64,000 nucleotides of DNA. Source: Chiloscyllium plagiosum (lineage: Eukaryota). A model generated the notes under the pieces. The model worked only from the letters and a program-made list of their open reading frames with translations, was not told where the DNA came from and did no database searches. The stretch spans positions 39,868,556 through 39,932,555 of the forward strand of contig NC_057737.1 of the NCBI RefSeq assembly GCF_004010195.1, in the 5' to 3' direction. Position numbers and translations under genes: made by a program. Below are positions 14,144-26,884 of this stretch, one piece after another (positions within the stretch are counted from its first letter, which is position 1; each line of letters opens with the position of its first letter).

Positions 14144-14303
14144 GAACCTCAATGAACTGCGCTCTTTGCTGTTGGAGACCAATCGTCACCCCTGCGGAGG
14201 GGAAAAGGACCTCAGCCGGGAAGTTCACAAAGCTGAGTGGAGAATGAAGGAGCAGAAACTACAGGAAGACATCAAAGTTCTCCGAGAGAAACTGTATGGT
14301 CTG
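14144..14303 (+). CDS. CLIP2: CLIP2 internal exon
   Basis: cag acceptor, NLNELRSLLLETNRHPCGGEKDLSREVHKAEWRMKEQKLQEDIKVLREKLYGL, gtaagt donor; phase 2 to 0. Confidence 0.95.
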
Positions 14304-14394
14304 GTAAGTAAAGAGCAGCTCTTTTAATCATTGCATATTTTGCACAATTTGACAGCAGCATAAGTGAACTGAGCAGTTGATTAAGTTTACCTTC

Positions 14395-14860
14395 ATAGAT
14401 TCACAGAGACATAGAGATGTACAGCACAGAAACAGACCCTTTGGTCCAACTCGTCCATGCCTACCAGATATTCCAATCCAATCTAGTCCCATTTGCCAAC
14501 ACTTGGCCCATCTCCCTCTAAACCCTTCCTATTTCTATACCCATCCAGATGCCTTTTGAATGCTGTAATTGTATCAGCCTCAACCATTTCTTCTGGCAGC
14601 TCTTTCCATACATGCACCACCCTCTGTGTGAAAAAGTTGCCCCTTAGCTCCCTTTTTTTCCCCCTCTCATCCTAAACCTATGCCCTCTCGTTCTGGACTC
14701 CCCCACCCCAGGGAAAAGAATTTGTCTATTTACCCTATCCATGCCCCTCATTATTTTATAAACCTCTATAAAGTCACCCCTCAGTCTCCGACGCTCCAGG
14801 TAAAACAGCCCCAGCTTATTCAGCCTCTCCCTGTAGCTCAAACCCTCCAACCCTGGCCAT
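14395..14860 (-). mobile_element. CR1/HER1 LINE 3' end
   Basis: LSYRERLNKLGLFYLERRRLRGDFIEVYKIMRG; (ctatga)-type tail. Confidence 0.92.
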
Positions 14861-15554
14861 CACATTAAGTTAATTATCTTTTGACGAAAATGTTCAGATT
14901 AACTTTTCTGTAATTTCTATAGTCTGAATCTGGCTCCATTTTTGTTGGATGTTAGTGAGCTATAAAAGAGAAAGAATCAGTCATAGTTTGATTGTGAAGC
15001 CTGGTCAATGACTATTGGGTGTCATTATACAGGTTTGTTATTGACAGACTATAGACTGTTCTGTTAAACCTTGGAATGCAAGAGTACAACAGAACTGACA
15101 TAGAGAGGAAAGCACAGTTATTCAGGTTTAGATCCAAGCTAATCAGCGAGAGAGAACCAAAACCACTTTCTTTCTCAGTAGTTTATTTGTGACGCAGTGT
15201 CACAGCTCCTTATACATCTCAGTCCTATCAGTTTCCCCTCTGCAAGGACCCAGTTAATCAATTAATCATTGACTTTTGACTTCCATTTTGACTTTGTTGG
15301 GAATTGTCAATGATGTTGCCTGAAACTTTTAAGTTGATGTTGTTGTATCAAATCAGGTGGCTGCTGCATTGCAAGGACACAGGCAGTGACTAAAGGTCCT
15401 CTTTGCAGTTTATACAGACTGTATGATATTGAACAGTTAAAAATAAGAAATCAATCCATAGTTTGTTGAATGTATAATTACTGATTATTTAAATCAACGT
15501 TTGTGCAGTTCGAGAGACAGCACTGTCGATACAAGTCCTTTCCAGTTTATGCTT

Positions 15555-16157
15555 ATGACTGGAGTCTTTTGGAGGTGATGGACCTGAGCTCATGGCTGGA
15601 AAGCCCATCGGGAGCCCCTTGTTACCTCTTTCCAGGAAGGCCTTCCCCTGTTAGGTGCCACTCCAGCATTTCATTGACCGGGATCAAGGAGTTTGGGATC
15701 AGAAGCCCCATCCTCTCAGCTGCTGGCCAATTAGGGGTCAGCAGCTGAATTGAATCAGCAGCGCCACTGGGAGACAGTGGCTACTCCCAATATAACACCC
15801 ACTTGAGGCCAAGGTTCATTGCTGGATCCCAGGCCTCAGGAGGGCGATGGTGAGAGGTGAGTATGTGAGCGATTGATAAAGGGACAAGGGAAAGGTTCTC
15901 AGAAGGCACTTTCCTTCTGCTGCCAGGTCCCAGGGATCCAAATCCTCTCAGCCTCCTCTGTCCCTGACCAGACCATAATGCCCCATGCACCAGTTTGTTT
16001 GGCATGTAGTGAGCCTTTCTCCCGCCCCTTGGTTAATAGGAGCATTTAGTCTCCAGTGGCCTGCATGCCTTGGACTTAATTGAGGTGGAAGCCACTATCC
16101 ATCCACATTGAGTACTACCACCCCACCCAAACAGGGGAAGGCACAAAATTCAGCCCC
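15555..16157. mobile_element. Possible old non-autonomous PIF/Harbinger-like element
   Basis: GC-rich block ending aaaattcagccc followed by t/tta; a similar end (aaaatccagcc-tta) lies at ~53305; left TIR unclear. Confidence 0.35.
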
Positions 16158-17374
16158 TTATTTCTAGGTATATATACATATACTGAGGCTGGGATTGTTT
16201 CTAATTGATGAAACTGAATAAGCTGGGCTACATAATGTTAGGACATTAAAGGTTATTTGCGCCACAACTTCAATGCTATATATTATTCTTGACATTGAAC
16301 TAGGACAAAAAACTCTTGTGTTATATTATTATCTAGATCAGCTTCATAACAGAGAGAGACAAAGAGAAACAGAGGACAGCCCATGTTGCCAAGGTATATT
16401 TAAATGATGCAATCGGGTTAATTCTGGAATCTAGAGCTAATTAATGGATCACCGTTGAATGCCTTAATTAACTCAGTGTTCCAAAATTATAAATCCTGCC
16501 CGATATTCACTTTGTGCATCAGGAATATTCCTTAAAGAGGCTGAGCTTGGGCTGAAACACTTTTCTTCCTTCTGCTTTTTTGTGTTACCTCATTGGCTGC
16601 AAAGTGCTTTGGGTTGTCCCGAGATTGTGAAAGGCACTACATCAATGCAAGTGTATCCTTTCTCCAGGGAGGGAAACTTTGAGTTTGTTTTAAAGCCAGC
16701 ACTTTGTTCTGCTTTTTTGCTCCTTTGCCTTTTCTTTTGACAAATTTTCGCAAAGCAACTGCTTCTGATAAAAGGTGACTGCTGTCCCCCATTGGGTATT
16801 GCTCCACCATATATTGACAGGATCAGGTATTCCAAGTTGTAACCCAGAGATATATTTAAACCGACTAGACCCAGAATTCTGCAATCCATATCAGTCACGA
16901 TCTAATCTAAATTGAATGGTGGTGGAGTAATGTCTAATTCCTCCCAATGGAAGCAGACCTCACTTTTGCTGAGAAGATATGTAATCATTATAGAGTGGCT
17001 GCACTCTTGCTGAGCATTATGGGTAAGCTCTGCCTCCATTTGTACATGACTGACTGACTTCCTTTCTCCTGCTCTGTCTGCCGTAAAGGGAGAAAGGCAG
17101 ATCTATTGAGAAATAACTGAAAGAAGAAGAAACACTGAAAGGGGAAGCAAGGAGAATACCTCACACGCTGGATGATAGCTCCCAGAACCCAGTGAAGCTG
17201 CCTTTACACCTCACTGAAACCATCATGATATGCTGCTTTTCAGTTCACCATTTAGCACCTGTATACTAAAGCAGCTGGAGTGAAATAGATTGTTTCTATT
17301 TTAAATATCTATCTAGTTATTCATCCCCTCTCTCTCTCTCTCTCTTTTCCCCACACCACTCCCCCCCTCGCTAG

Positions 17375-17545
17375 GGTACTGAAAAGTACAAACCCGATCA
17401 AAAGCGGCGCCCATCCTCGCTGCAGGACACGGAAACTGACACTGAGATTTGCAAATTGCAGCAGAGGCTGGTTAACACTGAGGAAGCCCTGCGGAGTGCA
17501 CTGGAGCAGAACCAACAAATGGAGAGACTGATGGAAGCCATGCAG
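17375..17545 (+). CDS. CLIP2: CLIP2 internal exon
   Basis: Long pyrimidine tract plus ctag, GTEKYKPDQKRR...LQQRLVNTEEALRSALEQNQQMERLMEAMQ, gtaaga donor; 171 nt. Confidence 0.92.
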
Positions 17546-18427
17546 GTAAGATCCGAACCCCAGATTAACCCTTTCCACCCCTGTCTCCATCACTCCCCTT
17601 CGTTCCTTGAAAGCTTTCTGCTTGATTAAACACTTCTGTCACGGTAACACTGATTTGTGTGCCTAGATTCCTGATCACCTGTTGGTAGTTGCTGATGCTC
17701 TGTGTTGAAGTTGTAAAATGGCTCCAGTGTAAAAGAGATTAGCTTGCACCTCCAGTCTCTGGGCATTTGGAAACCGAACAAGATCTGCATCGGGACTTCT
17801 CAGTTGTGCTGATGCAGGGACTCAGCAGGAGTTACCCTGGAAGTTTAAAGTGGAATTACTTAGCATCTGGGATCCTCTGCAAAGCATCCTGATCCTGATT
17901 TTGTGCTGGATACTTTAGGGTCTACTGATTTACTTTCCTCAACAAGAAATGTGAAATGAGAAAACAGTTTGATCTCCCAGGCAACTATTCGACTGCCCAT
18001 TCACTCCCTCCCCAGCTACGACCCGAAGTACGACCTTTGACCCCCAACTATCCCTCCACAGCCGTGACTCCCAATGACACCCTGACCCTCTGAATCACCT
18101 TCCCAAACCCCGACTATACCCTCTGAGCTTCAACCTCCAGCTCGACGCTTTGAATTCCCAATCGGATCATTTGATTACAGCATTCTAATTGGACACACTG
18201 CCCCACCACCTCACTATCCTACACCTACCTTCCTGTCCCCTCTGATCCCTCACCTACCCTCCTGTCCCATCACACACCCTCCTACCCATCACCGAGCCTC
18301 CTACCCCTCCTCACCCACCCTCCTACTCCCTCACTACCTCATCCATATACGTCACAAACTTGCCTTCCCTAACTCGCTTCTCATAGAAGCTTTGGGACAT
18401 TAAAACGCAATAATTGGTGTAATATAG

Positions 18428-18740
18428 GGGCAGCACATTGGCTCAGTGCTTAGCACTGCTGCCTCACAGTGCCAGGGACCCAGGTTCAATTCCCGCCTCA
18501 GGCAACTGTCTGTGTGGAGTTTGCACATTCTCCCCATGTCTGCGTGGGTTTCCTCCGGGTGCTTCGGTTTCCTCCCACAGTCCAAAGATGTGCAGGTCAG
18601 GTGAATTGGCCATGCTAAATTGCCCATAGTGTTAGGTGCATTAGTCAGAGGGAAATGGGTCTGGGTGGATTACTCTTCGGAGGGTCGGTGTGGACTTGTT
18701 GGACCGAAGGGCCTGTTTCCACACTGTAGGGAATCTAATC
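18428..18740 (+). mobile_element. HE1-type V-SINE
   Basis: Full head, core and gggaatctaatc tail. Confidence 0.92.
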
Positions 18741-19172
18741 ATATACAGCAGCGAGTGGCATTTGTAGAAGGGGGTGAGACTCTGACAGAGATTCCCTCTG
18801 CTGCTTCCTGAGTCCCAAGAAGAAGGATGGGCCCGAAAACAGTGAGTAAGTCACTGTGGAACTTTGTTCGATCCAGATTGGAAGCTGGCATTCCGAGCTG
18901 GATCAGGAGATTTGAGCCCGTGGAAGCGGTTTTCCTTGATGTGTAGAAATATTGGTCAGAATTGTGTAGAACCTTATTTGCTGCCTGCCTGACCATCACA
19001 GTGGTTATTGATCATTCTCTTAACCAGTGATATACCTAACTTTTTAATAAAACTGCTGGCTTTTGCAGTTTTTCTTTTAAATGACACCACGTTTGATGTT
19101 TGCTTTTTTTTGTGGTATGGATTAGATGTTACTGATGGTAGTTTTCCCCTGCTGTTGTTCTCGGTTTAATAG

Positions 19173-19259
19173 ACACTCGATAGCGCAGGCTCTGCCAATG
19201 GAGTCCATCAGCGAGGCCAGCACGAAGCAATGACCGACGGCAGATGCTTCAAGCAAGAG
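19173..19259 (+). CDS. CLIP2: CLIP2 exon (penultimate coding exon in mammals)
   Basis: aatag acceptor, TLDSAGSANGVHQRGQHEAMTDGRCFKQE, gtgagc donor; resembles recalled TIGNSGSANGIHQQ...KQE. Confidence 0.9.
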
Positions 19260-19849
19260 GTGAGCAACAAGCTCGGCATTTTAACGCGTTCAAACAAATA
19301 TCTTCACAAGTTTATATTTTTTAAAAAGTGAACACATCAAATAAACAACCGTAAAGCATAGAACATGGGTCGATATGAAACCATTCTGGCTGACAGACCT
19401 ACTCTGTGTACAGGCTAAGGTACAGCTGCACCGAGACAAGCCCCAATGCCAAACTTCTGAAAGTTACTCACAATCAATGGGAGTGGGAATGTGGATGGGG
19501 TCAGGGTTAATATAAGTTTCCTTAAATCCCACCTCCCCTCCAGAAGCTGGGGTTTCTCTCAGTTGTTGGGTTACCTGAGAGACAAGTCTAATTTTCTGAA
19601 TTTGCCTATTTGCCAAGGGGTGTGTTTATGGGATGTTGCTATATTAAAACAGTTACTTAGCAATACTTACTGTACCTATTATTCTGCTAAATTCTGTTAA
19701 CTTATTCTACACTTATTAGTGTATTTTAACTATAGTACTGAAATAAGTTGTATTTTGAGGGGGTCTGGACCATAACAATATGCAAACTGTTCCCGCTCAT
19801 CAAAGGTTGGAGAACGTTATTATCAAAAGTAGTATATGTGATGCGAGAG

Positions 19850-20070
19850 AAAAACCACATAGTTAGGGTGTGGAATGCACTGCCTGGAACTGTGGTGGTG
19901 GCAGGTTCAATTGTGGCATTCAGGAGGGCACAGGATAATAATTTTAACTTGAAACAACGAGCAGGGTTTATGGGGAAAAGGCAGGAGAGTAGCACTACGT
20001 CCTGATGCTTTTCTCGAGAGCTGGTACAGAGTGAAAACTGAAAGGCCTCCTCCTGTGCTACCACACTTTG
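19850..20070 (+). mobile_element. CR1 LINE 3' end
   Basis: VRVWNALPGTVVVAGSIVAFRR. Confidence 0.75.
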
Positions 20071-20956
20071 GTGATACACTGCATGTGGTTTTCCACCAGA
20101 TTACTGCCAAGATACCAGACATGATTCACAGTGTCTGGTCACACACCAGCTTGAGCTTAAAGGAAGTGGCACCCCTTTCAGCTGCAGCATATGGCACAGT
20201 TGGCAAGCAGCATCCACAAACACAGCGGGTATACAGTCATTGGCAGGCGACACAATGGGGAAAGCTGCACTCCTAGTGAAGCAACATACTCGGTCTCTGG
20301 AAACAGCGAATGAAACGTAGTCATCTCTCAATTCATAAAAACTGTCAGTGACCTCCCCCACACACAGTGGATGGTGAACTGTGTAGTGGATAAAATAATG
20401 AGATGGGGTGGTCCCCAGACTGGAACCTACTTGCAATATGGTCCTCCCAGTCCTGCCTTGGGCTAGTGGCAAATTTCTGTTTGGACATCCTTTCATCTCT
20501 CACATTATTCCTCAGTCAGGCTCAGGGAAGTAGAATTGCTCCCTAAACAACCCTGAGTGGTTATGGCCTCCTCCTTTTGATGACGGCCTGAAACGTCGAT
20601 TCTCCTGCTTCTCGGAAGCTGCCTGACCTGCTGTGCTTTTCCAGCAGCTCCTCCTTTTGAGTTTGTTTCCCTGTTCTTTTCCTCCTCCTCCTCCTTCCAG
20701 TAGCTGGTCCTGTTCTGGGTGACCTCTGCTTATTCTGCAAGTCATACTTTAATTCGAGGGGCAGTCCAATGGTGCACCCATGGCTGCAAACGACTGGGGT
20801 TTGATCAGAAGCCCTGAAGCCAGGACAATGTTTCACTGCCTGCCACATCCATCCTGACAGAGCTACACAATTCGAAATAGCTGGAGAAAACTCTAACCAC
20901 ATGTAGAATTGTAGCAGTAAGGAGAAGGCAGAAGTTCCATGCTCTGATAAGGCAAC

Positions 20957-21832
20957 ATGTCTGGCAGCATCTGTGGAGAGAAATCAGAGTTAACGTTTCG
21001 GGTTCAGTGACCCTTCCTCAGAACTGATGGTAGCTAGGCATAAGTTGTTTTTTTTATATACAGAAGATAGGATAGGGGAGGGGCTAAAGAGTCAACAATA
21101 GGTGGAGTTAGAGCCGAAAGTTAAAGAAGAACAGTTGGACAGACAAAGGAGTGGATAATGATCAGCCTGGGAGGATGAATAGCTACTGATGGAGACTGTT
21201 AGTGGCTAACAGTGTATAGACTGGGTGACCCCTACATTCTGCCTGCAAAAAAGACCCTGAGCTTCCAGTTGCCTGCCACTTTAATACATCCCCCTGTTCC
21301 CTGGCCAACATCTCTGACTCAGACTTGCTGCAGTGCTCCAGCGGAGCTCAGTGCAAGCAATCTCATTTTCTGCTTGAGAAACCCTACAGCCTTCTGGACT
21401 TAATATCGAGTTCAACAATTTTAGGGTTTGAGGCACCTTTTCCCGTGTCCTTACCTCAACCCCCACACACCGGGCCTTGTTATCACATGGTCTGCTATGA
21501 CACATCACCCATTGTTAGCCACTCACAGTCCCCATCAGTAGCTATTCACTCTCCCAGGCTGATCATTATCCACTCCTTTGTCTGTCCAACTGTTCTCTCT
21601 GTTTGTTTGGGTCTATCTTCACCTTTTGTTTACTCCTTACTCCCAACCCTGCCATCCCCCCACCCCATCTTCTGCATAAAAAAACATTTTCCCAGCTACC
21701 ATCAGTTCTGAGGTAGGGTTACTCGACCTGAAATGTTAACTCTGATTTCTCTCCACAGATGCTGCCAGACCTGCTGAGCTTTTCCAGCAATTTCTGATTT
21801 TTGTTTCTGACTTCCAGCAGCTGCAGTTCTTC
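20957..21832 (+). mobile_element. Penelope-like element 3' end with inverted pseudo-LTR
   Basis: GIY-YIG C-terminus remnant PELPVACHFN...LIFCL..LQPSGLNIEFNNF; ~250 bp inverted arms at 20960-21212 and 21510-21778. Confidence 0.85.
20983..21028 (-). ncRNA. Minimal type I hammerhead ribozyme motif (core intact)
   Basis: aucaguu-CUGAGGA-a-GGGU(cacuga)ACCC-GAA-ACGU-U-aacu(cu)gau: stems I and II can pair, stem III is palindromic. Confidence 0.7.
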
Positions 21833-22617
21833 CAGTTTTTGTTTTGAAGCAGGGACACACTGCTTTCTGCACGATGGCTGGTGCTGTAAATACAGCCTGC
21901 CAGTAGATGGCACTATTATAGCATTATCCATCTCTGCAAATTCAAAAGAACATTTCATCGTGTTGAATAGACAAGAACAATCAACTCATGTAACATGTTT
22001 GGAGGATTTCCACTTCAGAAACTCGACTGAGATGGCAAAATCTATTTTGTGTGGGCCCTTTGATAGAAAGAGCATGTCTTTTATCCCATCAGTATAGGTT
22101 AGAGTTACTATCTTTACAGCAATGTGTTTGAGACCAGAATGTAGGGATTTGATTCCTGGACACTGGATTAAGCAACATGAGAGAAACCTTAAGGACATTT
22201 AAACAGTTTTTAAAAATTCTTCTTTTATTTTCCTTTGATTTAGTTCAATGGGAATAGAAGTTTGCCTGAGTGGGTGATTGGAATATGGATGTTATGTGAC
22301 ATATGCTCCAGGATTAACTCTAATCCGAGTTGGTAATCTCAGTGCAGACTGGTTTTAACTGAGTCTGAAGATGAAAGTCTAGCACCTAACCTACTGTCCA
22401 ATTAATAAATAGTTTTTTTAAAAAATTGAAGTTTCTTGTCTCAATCTAGCCATGAACTAACGATAATCTAGGACAGAATATTTAAGGCCACATATTTTCG
22501 AGAGTATCAGAGATGATTCAAGACAACGGATTGCTCACAAACTTGTTTCTATCAGACTGTACATGGAGGTGAAATAGGAGAAGTGACTCTATCTCCCAAT
22601 CTTCTGTGCCTTCACAG

Positions 22618-22721
22618 GATTTCTCGAGGTCTCGTTCTCCGCAGCGCCATTCTGACTCCAGTCGTGCGAAACAGTTATTGGTCACAGAAAACAGAAGAAT
22701 TGAAAAGCTCTTCAAGGAAAT
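22618..22721 (+). CDS. Candidate extra CLIP2 exon A (or alternative terminal exon reading to TGA at 22755)
   Basis: Good acceptor cttctgtgccttcacag; open in phase 0 (DFSRSRSPQRHSDSSRAKQLLVTENRRIEKLFKE); weak donor gtgcgg, phase 2. Confidence 0.5.
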
Positions 22722-22902
22722 GTGCGGGTCTCTCTGCATTTCATCTCTCGCCTGATAGCGGTGGTAGCAACACAGATACTGAGAAACTTGTTGAGCTACC
22801 AAAGGTTGCACTGTGATGTGTTTAGATATCCCTTGTCATGCCCCTTCATGTCACTGAGTCCCAACCTGAGCCAGATTGTGTGCTCTGGAAAGGCAAAGTA
22901 CA

Positions 22903-23209
22903 TGGGTGACGTGGTGGCTCAGTGGTTAGCACTGCTGCCTCACAGCACCAGGGTCCCAGGTTCGATTCCAGCCTCGGGCGACTGTCTGTGTGCAGTGTGC
23001 ACACTCTCCCCGTCTCTGCGTGGACTTCCGCCGGGTGCTCTGGTTTCCTCCCACAGTCCAAAGATGTACAGGTTAGGTGAATTGGCCTTGCTAAATTGCC
23101 CATAGTGTTAGGTGCATTAGAGGGAAATGAGTCTGGGTGGGTTACTCTTCGGAAGGTCGGTGTGGACTGGTTGGGCCAAAGGGCCTGTTTCCATACTGTA
23201 GGGAATCTA
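22903..23209 (+). mobile_element. HE1-type V-SINE
   Basis: Full head, core and tail. Confidence 0.92.
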
Positions 23210-23403
23210 AATGGGCTCAGGAAAAGGAGCATGTTCAGACTCATGGTAACCCTAGTCTGTCCCAATGTGTGTCTAATGGCCAGCACAACAAACTTGATAG
23301 AGCTTTGGGTTTGAGCTGCCCTGTGTCTCTTCACCTCGACCTGTAGTTGACATAATTTATTCCAATCTGTAAAGACACCGGTACATTTTAAAAACATCTT
23401 CAA

Positions 23404-23647
23404 ACTTTTAGTTAATAATGAAAGAATAATACAAGAAAAGGTCATGCCCATGCCCTTTGACTTTTATTGCAATGAAAGATGCAAAGCACCATTGACTAAA
23501 CAAACCACCTTCAGTTCTGAAGAAAGCTACTTTTAGTTAATAATGAAAGAATAATACAAGAAAAGGTCATGCCCTTTGACTTTTATTGCAATGAAAGATG
23601 CAAAGCACCATTGACTAAACAAACCACCTTCAGTTCTGAAGAAAGCT
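23404..23647 (+). repeat. Tandem duplication (125/119 bp)
   Basis: acttttagttaataatg...ctgaagaaagct twice, differing by a 6-nt indel. Confidence 0.92.
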
Positions 23648-23888
23648 CGCTGGACCTGAAACCTATCATTTACTCCTAAACACCTTCCCCACCCCCCTTC
23701 CCCATCCTATCTTCTGCATGAAAACCAACATTTTTCTAGCTACTATCAGTTCTGAAGAAGGGTCACTGGACCTGAAATGTTAACTCTGCTTCTCTCTCCA
23801 GAGGTGCAGCCAGACCTGCTGAGCTTTTCCAGTAATTTCTGTTTTTGTGTTCGATTTCCAGCATCTGCAGTTCTTTGGTGTTTTGACT
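23620..23888 (+). mobile_element. Penelope-like pseudo-LTR fragment with two hammerhead motifs
   Basis: Same family as 21690-21832; flanked by attgactaaa (23610-23619 and 23889-23898). Confidence 0.8.
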
Positions 23889-23914
23889 ATTGACTAAAAA
23901 TTTCATGGAGGCAA

Positions 23915-24405
23915 CTTGTGGAGTGGTATAGCTCAGAAACAGTCCCTTCCATCTGAATCATCCATGCAGACCACAGATCCTAAATTAATCTAGTCCCATT
24001 TGCCAGCATTTGGCCTATATCCCTCTAAACCCTTTCTATTTATATATCCATCCAGATGCCTTTTAACCAGCCTCCCATCACTTCATCTGGCAGCTCATTC
24101 CATCCACTCACCATCCTCTATGTGAAAAGGTTGCCCCTTACATCCCTTTTAAATCTTTCCCCTCTCACCTTAAACCTATGCCTTCTAGTCTGGACTCCCC
24201 ATCCTATTCATCCAATCCATGCCCTTTCATGATTTTATAAGCCTCATTCAGATCACTCCTCAGCCTCTGATACTCCAGGGATGAAAATCCCATCCTATCC
24301 AGCCTTTCCTTATCATTCAAACCTTCCACTCTCAGTAACATCTTTATAAATCTTTTTTGCACCCTTCCCAGTGTAAAAAAACATCCTTCCTACAGCAGGG
24401 TGACC
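23915..24405 (-). mobile_element. CR1/HER1 LINE 3' end
   Basis: Similar to the copy at 14395-14860. Confidence 0.85.
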
Positions 24406-25597
24406 ACACTTTAAACCACAAAACGAAATATTCCCTATTTTCTATTAACACAACGGAAAACACAGCACCTCGCAGATTAACTTTGCAGTGTTCTTTCAAT
24501 AGATGTTCAATTCTCCCAGAAACAATTCAAGATGATTCTTAGCTCCTGAGGATTTATTTCTGTTCTTGCTGTTTGTAAGTTTTGAGACTTATAATTTCAG
24601 ATGTCTGTCACATGATTTCTTTCCCTGAAGATTGTCTCTCCAGTTCAAGCTAGATAAACCTTCCAGCTTTCAGTCTTCCCAATCTGAGATTGTGTTTGCG
24701 TTCACCTTCTTGCCTGATAAGCCACAGTGTATTATCACTTGCAACACTCTCACTCTCCCAGATCCTTACAGACTAACCACCTTTGAGTTTTCAAGGATAT
24801 CTTAGACACTTGCCTCTCCAAAGTCCATTTCCATGGCAACATGAATCGTATGGGCTTTGGATCCAGGTAGAGATGCTGATTAGCTTTCTTTAAAACTCGA
24901 ATTCCATTTTATCGTGGAAGTAAACAAGCATCATCAATACTTTTCAGTGATTTTGGAGATTTTTAGATGATCCTATTGTTAGCACATAGGCTGCTGCCAT
25001 GGTCTCCAAGTGTAAAACCTTATACTCACTTCCTTATAAAAAAACCGAATCCCTTTTTAATCTCTAACAGTCAAACTGTCAGGGCCTTCTATCAAGCAGA
25101 TAGAGAACAGGGTTTATGACTGTCTTAATTTTATCTTAAATTAAAGTCTCAGTCCCAAAATATAACAATTTCATAAGTTGTAAGCAATTGGACAAGGACA
25201 TCAGAGAGACCACTCTCCCTCAAAAATAATAATGCTAATTAATAAAAACAAATAGTGATGTTCTGTTATGAATTACCTTGTTCCAGATCCTGTTTATTTG
25301 ACCTATTTGATTTTGATTTGCAGTGGGACAGAACAGTTCCTATTTTTACCATGACCTCACTTCCTTAGATTCAATATTTCGGAATGTGTGTTTTGAGGTT
25401 CCATTCCACCAACTTTGTCTGCTCCCATTTTTCTGGGGTAAGATATAGGTTTAAAATGTTCCCTCAGCCTTCTGTTATCAAAGCAATTGTAAGAGCTGAT
25501 TGTTTTTTACTCCAGCCTATATGTTGAGGATTTCAAACGGGGGTAACTTCTAACCAAAACAAATAACTTAAAAGTTAACTTCTGTCTCTCTTTACAG

Positions 25598-25706
25598 AGA
25601 AGAGATGAGTGTTTGTGCTTCTCCAGAGTCACTACAGCTAAAAGGTTCAGGAGACGTGTCCAATAGACAGTCCACATCAACAGATCGAGGCGAGTCGACA
25701 GAAAAG
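25598..25706 (+). CDS. Candidate extra CLIP2 exon B
   Basis: tctgtctctctttacag acceptor, AAG|gtcagt donor; open in phase 2 to 0 (EEMSVCASPESLQLKGSGDVSNRQSTSTDRGESTEK). Confidence 0.55.
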
Positions 25707-26626
25707 GTCAGTAACTCTCTTTGAAAACTCTTACATCATCAGGGCAATCCTCCCGGGAATTGCCAGGTTTTGAAGAGAATCAGGAACATGCTGGAAAAAT
25801 GTTGGGGATATTGACAAGTAATGGTCGCAGGATATCAAGTTTCATTGTTGGAAACTCTTTGTTGCTGGAGAAAGAGAAGATTGCTGGCAAGGGTGAAGAG
25901 TTCCACAGTTTGAGGTATTAGGAAAGAGAGAGTCCTGGTGGTAAATGCTGCAATGATGCGGCTGGAGTTAGAACAGATTTCAGATATCAGAAAGAAGGAG
26001 GCTTAGCAAGTTCAGAAGCTCAACGATCATTGTGAGCATAAAGAAGATGGATAAGAAATGGATAGGATGGAGTGAGAGAGATAGAGACAGGATAAAGGAC
26101 TGGGCTGAAAGGAGGTCAAAAGGTCAGCCAGCTCATCATCCAAATGTCGATGGAAAATGTTTTACTTCTGAGATTAGAATCAATTTTATTTTGTTGGATT
26201 TCTCCCTCTGCTTATCTGTATAGAAGACCTTTCATTCCTCTTTTGTTTTATGTTACAACTGCTGAAAGTTCTAAAACTGCTAAAGAATGATACACTGAGC
26301 CAGTCAGTGAGCAGCACCCATATAGATGGTGCATTCTTCCTCATTCCTCACCTTAGTCCAGTCTCTTCAATGCTAGGTCTCTTTGCCATCACTTGTGTTT
26401 CACTGACATTCTCAGAACAAACTTGTTGAGCTGCATTTTCTGGTGATTAGTGAGCGCTGGGCGATTTAAAAAGATGAGGAGATAGTGAGGACTGCAGATG
26501 CTGGTGAGTCAGAATCGATTAAAGTGTGGTGCTAGGAAAGGTACAGCAAGTCAGGCAGCATCTAAGAAGCAAGGGAGCCACACTTTATCGGTATAAAAAG
26601 ATTAACACTGTCCTCTCTTCGGTCAG

Positions 26627-26680
26627 AATCTCAGCCTAATTTCAGGTTTAGATTTGGACAATTTAAAGAGCTCACAAATG
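26627..26680 (+). CDS. Candidate extra CLIP2 exon C
   Basis: tcctctcttcggtcag acceptor, NLSLISGLDLDNLKSSQM, gtatga donor; 54 nt, phase 0 to 0. Confidence 0.45.
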
Positions 26681-26884
26681 GTATGAGAGGAAAATTGTGC
26701 ATAAGGAAGGAATAGCGAAGAAGAAACGTGCACATCTCCAGTGCTGATGCACCAAGCTCTGAAATCATGTGCTCTCGTGGTGGCAAATTCCTGCCCACAG
26801 CAGTTTTTATTTTACTCCTCATCTCTCCTATTCTCATCAAACCGTGGCTATTCCCTGGAATAGTGTTTTTGTGCAGTTCACTGT

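Noticed and set aside
22846-23451. 201-aa minus-strand ORF and similar recurring CGRKPEH/LALLPHS ORFs
   Set aside because: Translations of HE1 SINE copies, not genes.
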